From NCBI GenBank assembly GCA_022826825.1, contig JAJDUD010000027.1, positions 1,050 through 65,049 on the forward strand: a stretch of DNA of 64,000 nucleotides, written 5' to 3'. The notes under the pieces were generated by a model. It was given only the letters and a program-made list of their open reading frames with translations, was not told the origin of the DNA and ran no database searches. Both the position numbers and the translations under genes were made by a program. Each line of letters begins with the position of its first letter. Position 1 is the stretch's first letter. This document shows, one piece after another, positions 1-8,016 of the stretch. The DNA comes from Acidobacteriota bacterium. Lineage in GTDB: Bacteria > Acidobacteriota > Vicinamibacteria > Marinacidobacterales > Marinacidobacteraceae.

Positions 1-400
1 TTCGAGCGGTTCTTGCCGCGCTCGATGCGCTTGGAGATCCGGACCTCTCCCTCCCGGTCGAGCAGGGGAACGACACCCATCTCGCGGAGGTACATCCGGA
101 CCGGGTCGTTGGTGCGCTCGATGGCGCTCGGCGTCAGGTCGAGGGTGGTGCCTTCGGTGTCGCGGGACTTCTCGTACGCCTCCTCGGACTCGTAGAGCGG
201 GATGCCCCATTCCGTCAGGCTCTCCAGGAACTCCTCGGGCGGGTCGTCGCCCCCCCAGGCGTCCTGGACCTCTTCGGTCAGCAGATAACCGCGGTCCTTC
301 CCGAGCGCGACGAGCGCCTTGACTTCATCGGTCTGGGCCTCGACTCCGAAGTCACGGAGCAGCTCCAGGTCGTACCCGGGGGTTTCCGCGTGTTCCATGG
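1..400 (-). CDS. rpoD: RNA polymerase sigma-70 factor RpoD, N-terminal part; the gene runs off the window start
   Basis: The minus-strand translation from the ATG at 400 reads MEHAETPGYDLELLRDFGVEAQTDEVKALVALGKDRGYLLTEEVQ...DPVRMYLREMGVVPLLDREGEVRISKRIERG. This matches the sigma-70 region 1.1/1.2 signature. It lies directly downstream of dnaG, as in the classical dnaG-rpoD operon. The ORF track does not list it because there is no stop codon in the window. Confidence 0.8.
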
Positions 401-678
401 TTGATCCTCCGGGCGAGTCTCTCAGGCCGTTCCCGGCTCCGCAACGGCAAGATGTTCAGCCGACACAGTCGCCGGCCTGCTCATTCGGATTCCCGCGCCC
501 CGGCACAGACGGATTCCGCAAACTCTCCAAAAAGGCAATTCCCGGCGGGAACGGACAGCAGAGGCGGGCAAGTTCGGATCGGTCCGGCGTTCAGCCCGTT
601 CGTATTGCCGGCCGGGTGACACCAAACAGCAACCGGGCACTCTAGCATGCAGAAGGGCCGAAACGCCCCGGACCGACG

Positions 679-2484
679 TCAGGCGCCGCGATCGGAAGGG
701 GCCGAACCACGCCGCAGCCGGTCGACCTCCTCGTTGATCCGCTGGAGTTCCGCGAGGGCGGCGAGCGCTTCGTCTCCGTCGCCGCGGGCGGTTGCCCGGA
801 GGGCCGGCAGCTTCTGCCGGAGGCTCAGGATGCGCAGGGCGTCGAGACACTCTCCCGGATTCTGCTTCTCCGTGTTGAGGCCCACCGGCTCCATCTGGAT
901 CTCGATCAGGAGGCGTTGGCGATCCGAAGTCTCGGCCGCCAACCCACGGAGCCGGTCCGCGAGCCGGGAGCCGCCCCCGTCCGCCGCCTGTTTCAGGTCG
1001 AGCAGGATGGACGAGCTGACGAACCCCTCGAGCTCCCCGGGTTCCGCCTCCCGGAGGAGCCGGGCGACCTCGTCGGGCTCCGCATCCGCCCAGCGGATCA
1101 GGTCCCGCTCGGCCGGGGTGGGCGGCCCCCGGGGCGGGCCGGGAGCCGGGGCGGGGGAGGCTTCCACGGGGGATGGAACGCTCTCGTTGCGCACGCCTCC
1201 GGGGGAGGGCCGGCTGCGGAGCCGCGCCATCTCCTGCCGGGCGCTCTCCAGCGAGAAACCGAGCGATCCGGCGGCCTCGGTGAGCCATTCCTCGCGGTCC
1301 AGGGGGCTCGGGGCGCGGGCGATGATCTCGAGTACCTCCCGGGCGGCGGCCGCGCGCCCGCCGCCGGAGCGGGCCGGCTGCCGGGCCTCCTCGACCAGGA
1401 ACTCCACGAACGCCGGCGCCGTCCGGATGGCCTCCCGAAAGGCGTCCGCGCCGTCTTCGCGAATGATGTCGTCCGGGTCGCGGCCCCCGGAGAGGGGCGC
1501 CACCCGCACCCGGAGCTGGGCTTCGAGCAGGATCGGGAGGCTCCGGAGGGTGGCGCGCCGTCCTCCGGCGTCGGCGTCGAACGCGAGGACGATGTCGCGG
1601 GTCTGGGCCGAGAGGAGCTTCGCGTGATCGGGCGTGAGGGCGGTGCCGCAGACGGCGACGGCGCCGGCGATCCCCGCCTGCCACGCCGATAGGCAGTCGA
1701 AGTAACCCTCGAACAGGATGGCGGTGCGCTCCCGGCGGATGGTGCTCCGTGCCCGGTGTAGTCCGTAGAGGACCGAGCGCTTCCGGTAGATCGGGCTGTC
1801 GGGACTGTTGATGTACTTCGGTTCGGACCCGTCGAGGCTCCGGCCTGCGAAGCCGGCCGCGCGTCCCTGGCTGTCGAAGATGGGAACGATCAAACGGTTC
1901 CGGAAGAAGTCGTGGTGTCCGCCGCGCTTCGCCTCGCGGGCGAGGCCCGCTTCGGTGAGCGTGTCCCGGTCGATGCCGGACTTCCCGAGGGTGGTCGTGA
2001 GGTCGTCCCAGCGGCCCGGAGCGAACCCGAGGCCGTACTCGGTGATCGTGTCCCCGGTGAGGCCGCGCTTCCTGAGATAGCTGCGCGCCTGGTGACCGTC
2101 TTCGCCAAGCAGCGCGCGCTGGAAGTAGTCGAGGGCCTTCCGGTTGGCGGCCCGGAGCCTCTCGTCGCGGGAGGACTTCTGCGGGTCGGTCTCGGGGATC
2201 GGGATCCCGGCGCGCCGCGCCAGTTGATGGAGGGCTTCCACGAAGGACAGCCCCTCGCGTTTCATCAGGAAACCGAAGACGTCGCCGCTCTCCTTGCAGC
2301 CGAAGCAGTGAAAGAAACCCCGCTCGGCGTTGACGTGAAAGGAGGGGGCGGTCTCGTTGTGGAACGGGCAGAGTCCCGTGAAGCGGCCGGGCCCCGCCGA
2401 ACGCAGCGCCACGGCCTCGCCGACCACTTCGACGATGTCGTTCGACTCCCGGACCTGCTCCCGGAACGCCTCCCGTCCGGCCAT
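679..2484 (-). CDS. dnaG: DNA primase DnaG
   Basis: 601 aa. It has an N-terminal CHC2 zinc finger (CPFHNETAPSFHVNAERGFFHCFGC) followed by a Toprim region. It is followed on the same strand by rpoD. Confidence 0.9.
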   Translation of the reverse strand: MAGREAFREQVRESNDIVEVVGEAVALRSAGPGRFTGLCPFHNETAPSFHVNAERGFFHCFGCKESGDVFGFLMKREGLSFVEALHQLARRAGIPIPETDPQKSSRDERLRAANRKALDYFQRALLGEDGHQARSYLRKRGLTGDTITEYGLGFAPGRWDDLTTTLGKSGIDRDTLTEAGLAREAKRGGHHDFFRNRLIVPIFDSQGRAAGFAGRSLDGSEPKYINSPDSPIYRKRSVLYGLHRARSTIRRERTAILFEGYFDCLSAWQAGIAGAVAVCGTALTPDHAKLLSAQTRDIVLAFDADAGGRRATLRSLPILLEAQLRVRVAPLSGGRDPDDIIREDGADAFREAIRTAPAFVEFLVEEARQPARSGGGRAAAAREVLEIIARAPSPLDREEWLTEAAGSLGFSLESARQEMARLRSRPSPGGVRNESVPSPVEASPAPAPGPPRGPPTPAERDLIRWADAEPDEVARLLREAEPGELEGFVSSSILLDLKQAADGGGSRLADRLRGLAAETSDRQRLLIEIQMEPVGLNTEKQNPGECLDALRILSLRQKLPALRATARGDGDEALAALAELQRINEEVDRLRRGSAPSDRGA

Positions 2485-2510
2485 CGGTCGAGCATACTCC
2501 CCACCCCGCG

Positions 2511-3299
2511 ATGAATGACGAAGCCCTGCGCAGTCTGCTCCAGGGGGTCGCCTCCGGCGAGGTGACGCCCGGCGAGGCGGCGCGGCGGTTGCGCTTTCCG
2601 TTCGAAACCATCGGCGTGGACGGCAAGACGCCGTTCGCGCGCCTCGACCACCAGCGGGAGCTCCGGCGGGGTTTCCCCGAGGTCGTGCTGGCGGAGGGGA
2701 AGAGCGCGGAACAGGTCGTGGAGATCGTTCGCGCGCTCCGCGAAACCGCCACTCAGACGCTCGTCACCCGGGCCGCCCCCGAGACGGCGCGCGCCGTCCG
2801 GGAAGCGGTTCCGGACGCGGTCTGGCATGCCGAGGCCCGGGCCGTCGTGGTCTCCCGCGCGGCCCCCGAGCCTACGGGCGCCCGGATCGGGGTGGTGTCG
2901 GCCGGAACTTCCGACATCCCGGTGGCCGAGGAAGCCGCCCTGACCGCGGAGCTCATGGGCGCCGAGGTCCGGCGGACCTTCGACATCGGGGTCGCGGGCA
3001 TCCAGCGGCTCCTCACCGAGGCGTCCCATTTCCGCTCGCTGCACGCCATGGTGGTGGTCGCCGGCATGGAAGCGGCGCTCGCGCCGGTGGTGGCGGGGCT
3101 CGCGCCCTGCCCGATCGTCGCGGTCCCCACGTCCACGGGGTACGGGGCGTCGTGGGGAGGGCTTACCGCGCTCCTTTCCCTGCTCAACAGTTGCGCCCCG
3201 GGGGTCACCGTGGTCAACATCGACAACGGATTCGGCGGCGGTTACGCCGCGGCGCTAGCGGTGGCGCATTTCCGGAGGCTCGAGTCGGACTCGCCGTAG
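2511..3299 (+). CDS. larB: LarB-family protein (PurE-like carboxylase, nickel-pincer cofactor biosynthesis family)
   Basis: 262 aa. The N-terminal helical segment (LRSLLQGVASGEVTPGEAARRL) is followed by a PurE/AIR-carboxylase-like fold (GVVSAGTSDIPVAEEAA...VVAGMEAALAPVVAGL). No larC or larE is nearby. Confidence 0.55.
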   Translation: MNDEALRSLLQGVASGEVTPGEAARRLRFPFETIGVDGKTPFARLDHQRELRRGFPEVVLAEGKSAEQVVEIVRALRETATQTLVTRAAPETARAVREAVPDAVWHAEARAVVVSRAAPEPTGARIGVVSAGTSDIPVAEEAALTAELMGAEVRRTFDIGVAGIQRLLTEASHFRSLHAMVVVAGMEAALAPVVAGLAPCPIVAVPTSTGYGASWGGLTALLSLLNSCAPGVTVVNIDNGFGGGYAAALAVAHFRRLESDSP

Positions 3300-4652
3300 C
3301 CTCCGGACGAGGGCCAAGGCCCCTCCCCCGGCGAGGATCAGGCCGGCCGGGAGGAACTCCGCCAGCCGGATGGGCCAGGGAAGAAACCACGGCTCGCCGG
3401 GCGGAATGTTCCAGGGCGCCCAGTAGGCGAACACCAGGGTCCCGGAGAGGGCCAGCGTCGCCGCCAGCAGCACCCGGCGCCCGGGGTGCAGGACCATGAA
3501 CGGGAGCGTCCACAGGAAGTACCACGGGTGGGCCACCGGGGACAGCAGGAACACGGCGCCCGCCAGCAGGGGTACGGCGAGGGCGGGTCCCACCCGGCGG
3601 TGGAGCAGGACCGCGAGCAGCGCGACGACGGAAGCCAGCACCGCGAACCGGCCGTACTCGCCGAAGACCGTCTCAAGCAGGAGGAAGCCGGATTCATTGA
3701 AACGCCAGTGGCGCGCGAAGAACCAGAGGCTGCCGGTCATCTCCCCGAGACGCGCCCCGAGACCCCGATCGAGCAGCGCGGGCGTGAGGAAGGGGGCCGC
3801 GACCAGCGCCGTGGTGCCGAGCGCCGCGAGCAGCACGCGGAGGGGCCCGCGAGCCTCCCGCCGGGCAGGGAGCAGCAGGAACGGGAGAAGCACGCCGCCG
3901 GCGATCTTGGAGAGCCCGGAGAGGGCGGCCAGGCACGCGGCGGCGGCCGGACGCGCCGACTCGGCGGCCAGGATCCCGAGCCCGAGCAGGGCCACGCCGA
4001 GGGCATCGACGTGGCCTCCACCGGCGATCTCGGTGAGCGGCAGGGGATTCCAGGCGTAGAGAACGACAATCCCCGCGGGAAGCCCGCGGCGCCGCAGCAG
4101 CAGGACCAGTGCGGCGACGAGGAGCCCCTCGACGACGACCAGCGCCGCCTTCATCACTGCCGGGTGGACCGAGACCGCGGTCACAACCCGGAAAAAGAGC
4201 TGCGCGAAGGGCGGATAGATGGCGGGCAGCTTCCAGTAGTTGACGCCGGCATGGGTCTCCGGAAGCGCGGCCGCGAGCTCGGCCAGCTCCGGATCGTCCG
4301 GCGCGTGCCGATAGGGATCGCCCCCCACCGAAGGAACCCGTCCCTCCCAGATCATTCGGTGAATGTCCGCCTCGGGGGAAGGCGGAACCGCGACCAGGAG
4401 GGCCCGGCTGAGGACCCCGGCCCCGACAACGACCAGCAACACCCCGCGCGCCGAGAGGCCGAAGCCGCTCCCGCGGAGCAGGGGCAGGGCGGCGAGGAGT
4501 AGCGGCGCCAGCAGCGACAGCGAAACCGCGGCGTGCGCCTCCCAGCCGAGGTCGCGGATGAAGACGAGCGACAGCGCCCCGGCGAGGAGTACGTGGAGCA
4601 CCCCGGCCGCCGCGAGCCAACGCCAATTCACCGCGCGCGGAGTGTGTACCAA
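3255..4652 (-). CDS. Polytopic membrane glycosyltransferase, GT87/DUF2029-like
   Basis: 465 aa and very hydrophobic, with many predicted TM helices and an HPWYFLW motif. It is transcribed divergently from the GT2 gene. The start codon choice is uncertain. Confidence 0.45.
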   Translation of the reverse strand: MVHTPRAVNWRWLAAAGVLHVLLAGALSLVFIRDLGWEAHAAVSLSLLAPLLLAALPLLRGSGFGLSARGVLLVVVGAGVLSRALLVAVPPSPEADIHRMIWEGRVPSVGGDPYRHAPDDPELAELAAALPETHAGVNYWKLPAIYPPFAQLFFRVVTAVSVHPAVMKAALVVVEGLLVAALVLLLRRRGLPAGIVVLYAWNPLPLTEIAGGGHVDALGVALLGLGILAAESARPAAAACLAALSGLSKIAGGVLLPFLLLPARREARGPLRVLLAALGTTALVAAPFLTPALLDRGLGARLGEMTGSLWFFARHWRFNESGFLLLETVFGEYGRFAVLASVVALLAVLLHRRVGPALAVPLLAGAVFLLSPVAHPWYFLWTLPFMVLHPGRRVLLAATLALSGTLVFAYWAPWNIPPGEPWFLPWPIRLAEFLPAGLILAGGGALALVRRLRRVRLEPPEMRHR

Positions 4653-4699
4653 CCCGTTCGGCGCGCGGCGTTGCCGGCCGGGAGACAGAATTCACCTGC

Positions 4700-6223
4700 T
4701 TGCCCTTCGCCGACGCCGTTCTGACGGCCTATTTCGTCGTCCTGCTGCTGCTCTCGGTCTACGGCTCCCACCGGTACGTGCTGGTGTACCGGCTGTCCCG
4801 CTTTGCCGGCCGGTCCGCGGCGGCCGCGGAACGGCTGCGGGTCCGCGGGGCGCCGCTCCTCGCGGGCGACCCGCCGCGGGTGCTCATCCAGCTCCCCGTG
4901 TTCAACGAACGCTACGTCGTCGAGCGGCTGATCCGGGCGGTGGCCGCGCTGGACTATCCGCGGTCGCGGCTCAGCGTGCAGGTGCTCGACGACTCGACGG
5001 ACGACACCGGGGAGATCGCCGACCCCGTGATCGGGGAATGCGCGGCCGCCGGACTCGACATCCGGCGCCTCCACCGCACGGACCGCCGCGGTTTCAAGGC
5101 GGGGGCGCTGCAGGTGGGCCTCGACGCCTCCGACGCGCCCTTCGTGGCCATCTTCGACGCCGACTTCGTCCCCGAACCCGACTTCCTGCGCAGGACGCTG
5201 CCGTACCTGCTCGCGGACGAACGGACCGGCCTCGTGCAGGCCCGCTGGGACCACCTGAACCGGGACTACTCGCTCCTCACCGACGTGCAGGCCATTCTGC
5301 TGGACGGGCACTTCATGGCCGAGCACGGCGGACGCCACGTCGCGGGGTGCTTCTTCAACTTCAACGGGACGGCGGGAATCTGGCGGCGGGCGGCGATCGA
5401 GGACGCCGGAGGCTGGGAGGGAGACACCCTGACCGAAGATCTCGACCTCTCTTACCGCGCCCAGCTCCGGGGCTGGAAGTTCGTCTTCGTGCCCGAGATC
5501 GCGGCCCCGGCCGAACTCCCGGTTTCCATGAACGCCTTCAAGGCGCAGCAGCGCCGCTGGGCCCAGGGATCGCTCCAGACCGCCCGGAAGCTGCTGCCGC
5601 AGATCCTGGCGTCGCCACTGCCGCTGCGCGTCCGGGCGGAGGCCTTTTTCCACCTCACGAGCAACCTCGCCTATCCGCTGATGGCGGTCCTGAGCCTGTT
5701 GATGACGCCGGTCCTCTTCGCCCGGGTGAGCACCGGGCTCCGGGAGATGGCGCTCCTCGACATTCCCATCTTCGCCGCCGCCACCCTTTCGGTGGTGTCC
5801 TTCTACGCCTTTTCCCAGAGCCGGGTGCTGCGGCTCCAGCCGGAGGACGCGCGGGAGGGTCTCTGGCGCCGGGCGCGGAACATCCCGGCAGCGCTCGCGG
5901 TCGGCATCGGCATCTCGTTCAGCAACGCCTCTGCCGTCCTGTCCGGCGTGCTCGGCCGCCGCACGCCTTTCATCCGGACGCCAAAATACGGGATTGCCGG
6001 AACGGGCGGCCGGTGGCGTCAGAAGACCTACCGGATGCCGGCCGGCGCCGTCCCGGCGCTGGAGTTCGGCCTCGGAGTCGTGATGGCGGGCGCCACCTGC
6101 TACGCCGTGGTCGAGGGCGTCGCCGCCTCGGCGCCGTTCCTGCTCCTGTTCGCCGCGGGCTACCTCTACGTCGGAGGCCGCTCGCTCCTCGAGGCGCGCC
6201 GCGCCGCCGCCGCTGCCGAATGA
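4700..6223 (+). CDS. Family 2 glycosyltransferase, processive cellulose-synthase-like (QxxRW)
   Basis: 507 aa. It has DxD-type motifs (FDADFVPEPDF), a TED motif and QQRRW, plus N- and C-terminal TM helices. Confidence 0.75.
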   Translation: MPFADAVLTAYFVVLLLLSVYGSHRYVLVYRLSRFAGRSAAAAERLRVRGAPLLAGDPPRVLIQLPVFNERYVVERLIRAVAALDYPRSRLSVQVLDDSTDDTGEIADPVIGECAAAGLDIRRLHRTDRRGFKAGALQVGLDASDAPFVAIFDADFVPEPDFLRRTLPYLLADERTGLVQARWDHLNRDYSLLTDVQAILLDGHFMAEHGGRHVAGCFFNFNGTAGIWRRAAIEDAGGWEGDTLTEDLDLSYRAQLRGWKFVFVPEIAAPAELPVSMNAFKAQQRRWAQGSLQTARKLLPQILASPLPLRVRAEAFFHLTSNLAYPLMAVLSLLMTPVLFARVSTGLREMALLDIPIFAAATLSVVSFYAFSQSRVLRLQPEDAREGLWRRARNIPAALAVGIGISFSNASAVLSGVLGRRTPFIRTPKYGIAGTGGRWRQKTYRMPAGAVPALEFGLGVVMAGATCYAVVEGVAASAPFLLLFAAGYLYVGGRSLLEARRAAAAAE

Positions 6224-6810
6224 ACCAACTCCTCGAACGCGCGCTCTTCTTCGGAGCCGGCCTGGCTTTCGGGATCCTGGTCGGGTTCCTCGTGTCCGGA
6301 TCTTCGGGGCCGCCGGCGCCCGCGCCGCCGCCCGTCCCGGCGGCCGCCCCGGAGACCGCTTCCGCCGCCGCCCCCGAACCCCGGCCCGTCGACCCCGCGG
6401 CCCTTGAGACACTGCTCGCCGCGGTCGAGGCGCGGCCCGAGGATCCGGCGGCCCGGGCCGCCGTCGCGGATCTCCATCTCGACGCGCTGGACTTCGGGGA
6501 AGCCGTGTACTGGCTGCAACAGGCGCGGAATCTCGCGCCGTCGGATCTCGAACTCCGGGCCCGTCTCGCCTTCGCGCAGCTCGGCGCCGGCGACGTCGCC
6601 GGGGCGGTGGCCGGCTACGAGGCCGTGCTCGCCGAGGATCCGGAACACTTCGAGAGCCTGGTGGCGCTCGGCCGCGTCCGCCTCTTCGTGGGGCAGGACC
6701 TGCCGGCCGGCATCGAGCTCTGGGAACGCGCGATCGCCGCGGCGCCGGATTCACCCGCGGCGGCGGCGCTCCGGGCCCAGATCGAGTCGCTCCGGACCGC
6801 GCATCCGTAG
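6220..6810 (+). CDS. TPR-repeat protein with an N-terminal membrane anchor, translationally coupled to the GT2 gene
   Basis: Its ATG at 6220 overlaps the GT2 stop as ATGA. The product reads MNQLLERALFFGAGLAFGILVGFLV...AVYWLQQARNLAPSDLELRARLAFAQLGAGDVAGAVAGYEAVLAEDPEHFESLVALGRVRLF (TPR-like). It is the C-terminal portion of the 815-aa run-through ORF 4363..6810. Confidence 0.5.
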   Translation: MNQLLERALFFGAGLAFGILVGFLVSGSSGPPAPAPPPVPAAAPETASAAAPEPRPVDPAALETLLAAVEARPEDPAARAAVADLHLDALDFGEAVYWLQQARNLAPSDLELRARLAFAQLGAGDVAGAVAGYEAVLAEDPEHFESLVALGRVRLFVGQDLPAGIELWERAIAAAPDSPAAAALRAQIESLRTAHP

Positions 6811-6858
6811 GGCACCGGCGTCCTGTCCGGGCGGCGGGCCGCTTCGGGGCCGGTGCCT
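6811..6858 (+). terminator. Stem-loop with a perfect 9-bp inverted repeat, ggcaccggc ... gccggtgcc, immediately after the TPR gene stop
   Basis: The inverted repeat is visible in the sequence. There is no U-tract, so function as an intrinsic terminator is uncertain. Confidence 0.25.
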
Positions 6859-6876
6859 GACTAAGATCAAAACGCC

Positions 6877-7125
6877 GTGATCGTCCGTTTCCTGCAGTTC
6901 CTGCTCGCCTTCCTGGTGGTCCGGATCCTGTGGGGCCTCATTCGATCGCTCTTCTCGAAGCCGGCGAGTCCACCTCGGGCGGCGCCCGCCGGAAAGACCG
7001 AACAGCGCGGCGAGGTCGTCCGCTGCGAACGCTGCGACCTCCACGTCCCGAAGGAGCGGGCGGTGGTCCGGGATGGACGGACGTTCTGCTCGGACGACTG
7101 TGTGGATTCGCGAGGCCGAGCCTGA
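6877..7125 (+). CDS. Small membrane-anchored protein with a C-terminal CxxC...C...C zinc-ribbon-like motif
   Basis: 82 aa with a hydrophobic N-terminus. The C-terminus reads CERCDLHVPKERAVVRDGRTFCSDDC. Confidence 0.35.
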   Translation: MIVRFLQFLLAFLVVRILWGLIRSLFSKPASPPRAAPAGKTEQRGEVVRCERCDLHVPKERAVVRDGRTFCSDDCVDSRGRA

Positions 7126-7178
7126 TCTGCGCAGGTCAGCATCACTTGAAACCCCAGGTCCCAACTGGAAGACTGCCG

Positions 7179-7448
7179 ATGCAGATGATCCGGACCGAAG
7201 GGGAGAATCCGTTCCCGACCATCCATGCTGACGTCGTTGCATGCGAGGCTTGGTTGGTGGCTGCTTGGTTGGTGGCTGAATGCCGCGAGGTTGGTGTCGT
7301 CACCCAGGGCAAGACGCTGGACGAAAGGGTCGCAAGTCTCCGCGAAGCCCTGACGGTTCACCTCGACGGGGAGGGGTTGGACCGCCATGCTCCTTCCACC
7401 GGGCCGCGTCTGGTCGTGCGCTATGAGACGACGGCCTGCACGGCCTGA
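7179..7448 (+). CDS. HicB-like (UPF0150) antitoxin-family protein
   Basis: 89 aa: MQMIRTEGENPFPTIHADVVACEAWLVAAWLVAECREVGVVTQGKTLDERVASLREALTVHLDGEG. This fits the HicB pattern (...P.LPGC.SQG.T.EEA..N.KEA...HLE). Its GC content is lower than that of the flanking genes. No HicA partner was found. Confidence 0.4.
   Translation: MQMIRTEGENPFPTIHADVVACEAWLVAAWLVAECREVGVVTQGKTLDERVASLREALTVHLDGEGLDRHAPSTGPRLVVRYETTACTA
7248..7277 (+). repeat. Perfect tandem duplication of a 15-bp unit, gcttggttggtggct, inside the HicB-like ORF
   Basis: The two units are at 7248-7262 and 7263-7277. The duplication is in frame and produces the AWLVA-AWLVA repeat. Confidence 0.85.
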
Positions 7449-7608
7449 TTCTCCGCGTCCTCCGGTCCGGAGTGTTGTCGCCTCGCGTTCGGAACGGTCG
7501 GCGAGTCCATCGGGGCTCGAGAAGCCGCGTCGGACTCACGATGCGGGTGCACCGTGCCATCGACGCTGGTTTCGCGCTCCCGCGCGATGCCGGCCAGAGG
7601 CCGGCCCG

Positions 7609-7867
7609 GTTGCTGTGAAAACGCAGTCCGGCGGGTCGGCCGAGCGCCTTGATGGCGACGCCGGCTTGGAACGCCGACCTCCGGGCGGCACCGCGCTGCG
7701 TGACCGCGCAGCGCACGGCCCGGCGCCGAGCTGCGGGATGGTTCTCTCCCGCGGTGCAACCGGGCGGAAGGGACGCGCCCAGGTCTCTGTCGCCCAGGAC
7801 GACGTGCGGCACGTCGCCCGCGGGCCTTCGGCCCGCTGTGCCGACCGGAGGTCGGCGTTCCAAGCCG
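7609..7867. mobile_element. Family-1 MITE/REP-like element, copy A. It starts gttgctgtgaaaacgcagtccggcgggtcggcc and carries the 31-bp hairpin unit ccggcttggaacgccgacctccgg(g/t)cggcac in both orientations
   Basis: It is ~85-90% identical over ~260 bp to 27308..27570. The hairpin units are at 7670-7700 (forward) and 7836-7866 (reverse). The distal end (to ~7990) is degenerate. Confidence 0.65.
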
Positions 7868-8016
7868 TTACCGCCATTTTCATGCCCGGCGGGGTGCGCA
7901 GGAGGACGCGCGCAGGCGCGTTTCTCCCGGTGGGGGCTCCAAGCCGGGGCTGCCATCACGGGGTTCGGCGGATCGGCGAGTCTGCCTTCTCGTCGCCACG
8001 ATTTGGCGTCGCCGTC

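Noticed and set aside
422-2752. 776-aa Arg/Pro-rich minus-strand ORF overlapping dnaG
   Set aside because: It is an alternative frame of the dnaG region. It has no motifs and its composition is low-complexity, Arg/Pro/Gly-rich, as expected for off-frame translation of ~70% GC DNA. The dnaG frame carries a clear CHC2 zinc finger and Toprim motifs.
4363-6810. 815-aa plus-strand ORF spanning the GT87 and GT2 regions
   Set aside because: Only its last ~196 codons (from the ATG at 6220, overlapping the GT2 stop) are protein-like (TPR). The upstream portion is an off-frame read through two other genes.
7387-8016. N-terminal 210-codon extension of the CRTAC1 ORF (747 aa) and the 613-aa antisense ORF 7300..9141
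   Set aside because: The extension translates repeat element A (AWNADLR..., PTGGRRSKP...) and has no signal peptide. The protein-like sequence with a signal peptide begins at the ATG at 8017.
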